NCBI GenBank assembly: GCA_964016885.1
Contig: OZ024756.1
Span: 10,354,001-10,418,000 of the forward strand
DNA length: 64,000 nt
Source of the DNA: Eledone cirrhosa
Lineage: Eukaryota
Direction: 5' to 3'
The translations under genes and the position numbers were made by a program. The notes under the pieces were generated by a model. That model ran no database searches. It had not been told where the DNA came from and saw only the letters and a program-made list of their open reading frames with translations. This document shows, in pieces, positions 61,635 to 64,000 of this stretch. Position 1 is the first letter of the stretch; the number at the start of each line of letters is the position of its first letter.

Positions 61635-62100
61635 AGATTCTTTATCTGAAAACGTGTGTTGAAACTGATATTGTTTTGCTTTGGGAGGGTCATGTTGCCA
61701 ATAAGAAACACACGCACCAGTGCTTTCACTTTAATTTATTATAAATTAAATTTATAAATTTCCGGTTGGTTGGTTGGTTCCACAACCAGACGATTGTTCA
61801 TATATTGTCAAAGTTCTTTCGTCACACATTCTGTGGCCTCTTCAGTGACTGGGGATTCTTTTCTTTGTTTTTGTGCCTCTCCAAAAACAAAGAAAAGAAT
61901 ACCCAGTCACTGAAGAGGTCACAGAATGTGTGACGAAAGAACTTTGACAATATATGAACAATCGTCTGGTTGTGCAACCAACCAACCAACCGGAAATTTA
62001 TAAATTCTTCAATTTATAAATTTAATTTATAATAAATTGAAGTGAAAGCAACTGGTGCGCGTGTTTCTTTCTTATTGGCAACATGACCCTCCCAAAGCAT

Positions 62101-62108
<8 letters not shown>
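61635..62108. mobile_element. Fold-back pLTR of the 25860-27935 PLE family with two HHRs (61807-61849 minus, 61906-61948 plus)
   Basis: Arms match 27645-27910; palindrome centre near 61878. Confidence 0.85.
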
Positions 62109-62165
<57 letters not shown>

Positions 62166-63745
62166 CATAATATATATACAGGGAAATTCCGTTATAAAGA
62201 AATTCACGGGGTATAAAGATAATACGTTGTAACGAAAAATTCTTTGTAACCGAAACAAATCGTTTGTTTGTTGTTCAATTGTATTCTAGTTATGGTGTTT
62301 CACATGGAACCTTATAGATATAACACAGGGAAGTATAGAGTCCAAAATATAAGACAACATATAATCTAATAAGAAGGTTAAAGAAAAGAAGGAAAAACAA
62401 GTGAAATGAAAGAGAAAGTTGAAAGGAAAATGTAGAAAGTATCATTGAAATAATTATTCTACAAAGTGTTCTGTCTCATTTAGAAAGTGTTTTCTATGTT
62501 GGCCAGCTAAAATCTTCCCTCACTCAATTGTATCAAGTTCATTAGTTAATCCTAACTTTCCTGTAAAATATTACTGATTTCAACAAGAACTTTTTTGGTT
62601 ACAACCACTAACAATAACAAATATATTTGTTTCGAGAGAAGGAGTGAAGACCTCTATGTGGTTACTTGAGCTGTTGGAAATAGCAGCCAAATTTCTTTCA
62701 GGACACATACCTTCTTGGATTAGGAAAGGACTGTTTGGTCGGTTGCTTTAAGCCAGAGTTTAAAGACAATCGGGAACTAAACGGGGGTTAGTTCCCTAAT
62801 GAAATATATATCAGGATTGAGTGATCCAAATTTCAGTTTGACATATTATTCGTAATCACGTGTAACACGTGTTTCGTGAATGTATTATATTTATTTCTTC
62901 TCCACTGTTTTTGATACATCTCAAAATTCTGTTTAGGCAGCCGTCCCTGCCGGACGGGTTTTTTAGGGCTCCACTTAAGTCAACATAAGCAACACACACA
63001 ACCACGTGCGACTACCCACCAAAAACAAGAAATCAATCACTGAAATATTGACTTTAAATAGCCCTTACAAACCTAAGGTAACACAACAAAAGCCTACTTG
63101 GTCTTACCTGGACGAAAGCTAGGAAATTCCACAATTTATTATTCATCTGAACATTATCTCCATAATTATGTGGTTGGTGCCAGTAAATCTCTCAACAAGA
63201 TTTCTGCTGTTAACCTGGCTTCCACACACTGAAGCATTAACACTGCAGTAACTCAACCACTCTTATAACACGTGGGTTACATTTACAATCAAAAGAAAAT
63301 AAAACACGGAAAAATTAATTCAAATACAAACAGAAAGAAAGATCTATCGCCTTGCTTCTCCACATTTTTATTGGAGATTCTCATCCAACATCTGCTAACA
63401 CAATAAGTTAGTTTCAGAAGCCCCAAGTTCGAGAAGTGATTCGGTAATCTTGGTAAAGTTAAACCTACATAAGTAGATATAATTCAGACTAAGGGTCAGA
63501 CCTGCTTTTATGAGGAGTAGTAAGAGACAATAATATATGTAAGGAGGAGGAGTGAGAGAGATAGGAAGACAAAACTGTGTTAATTCTCTCTCCCCCTCTC
63601 TTCTTTTACTCTATCTACCTCTTATGTCTTCATTTCACTGTTTTATTGTCTTACTAGCAATGTATCCCGGCGTTGCACGAGTAAGAACATTGGTAATAGC
63701 ACCTCCAATGAGAAACCTTTATTTACGTTACATGATATTTACATA

Positions 63746-63829
63746 TAGCGGGTGTCCCTAAAATATGTATACACATTTACATAGACTGTAGTTGAAGTGT
63801 GTATACACTTTTTGGGGGAGACCCGGTAT
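63746..63829. mobile_element. Tiny Tc1/mariner-type MITE
   Basis: CGGGTGTCCCTAAAATATGTATACACA...TGTGTATACACTTTTTGGGGGAGACCCG imperfect TIRs with TA flanks. Confidence 0.5.
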
Positions 63830-63899
63830 ATATTTTATATACACATATATATATTAAAAGATATATTTTAAAGATATTTTACGCAACGCCTACGACTGT

Positions 63900-64000
63900 A
63901 GAGAAGAACAGATAGAGACATTCAATGTAGAAGAGCACTGGGAGTTCCTAAAAAATAACTTACTAGAGGCGACGGATGAGATCTGTGGCTGGAGTAAGAC
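63900..64000 (+). mobile_element. Start of another RTE LINE fragment, cut by the window edge
   Basis: Translates to NVEEHWEFLKNNLLEATDEICGWSK, resembling the RTE endonuclease-RT linker. Confidence 0.55.

Noticed and set aside
63650-63685. Helitron-like end (CTAG...CCCGGCGTTGCACG)
   Set aside because: Only a short motif; no other end or copy in the window

Overview
Eukaryotic, very AT-rich, repeat-dominated DNA. It is most consistent with an octopus/cephalopod genome, inferred from the [11 protein letters not shown]-type C2H2 array, RTE-tailed tRNA SINEs and kb-long (TA)n tracts. The only host gene is an 18-finger C2H2 zinc-finger gene (minus strand, 48013-49623). The rest is (TA)n/(CA)n microsatellite carrying RTE and CR1-type LINEs, SINEs, MITEs and Penelope-like elements (PLEs): one intact 737-aa RT+GIY-YIG ORF, one 5'-truncated ORF and one C-terminal fragment. 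The many long Y/I/H/C ORFs in the ORF track are microsatellite artefacts. The main hidden signal, found by manual folding, is about 27 type I hammerhead ribozyme (HHR) motifs from at least 11 sequence families. They include two non-coding tandem arrays (466-bp and 595-bp units) with one HHR per unit, which look like retrozymes. Two families carry the compensatory U3:A8 core variant, and one has a ~110-nt stem II insertion with stem I covariation. Several fold-back inversions have breakpoints at HHR stem II, stem I or the cleavage site. All RNA structures were assigned by eye and are untested.
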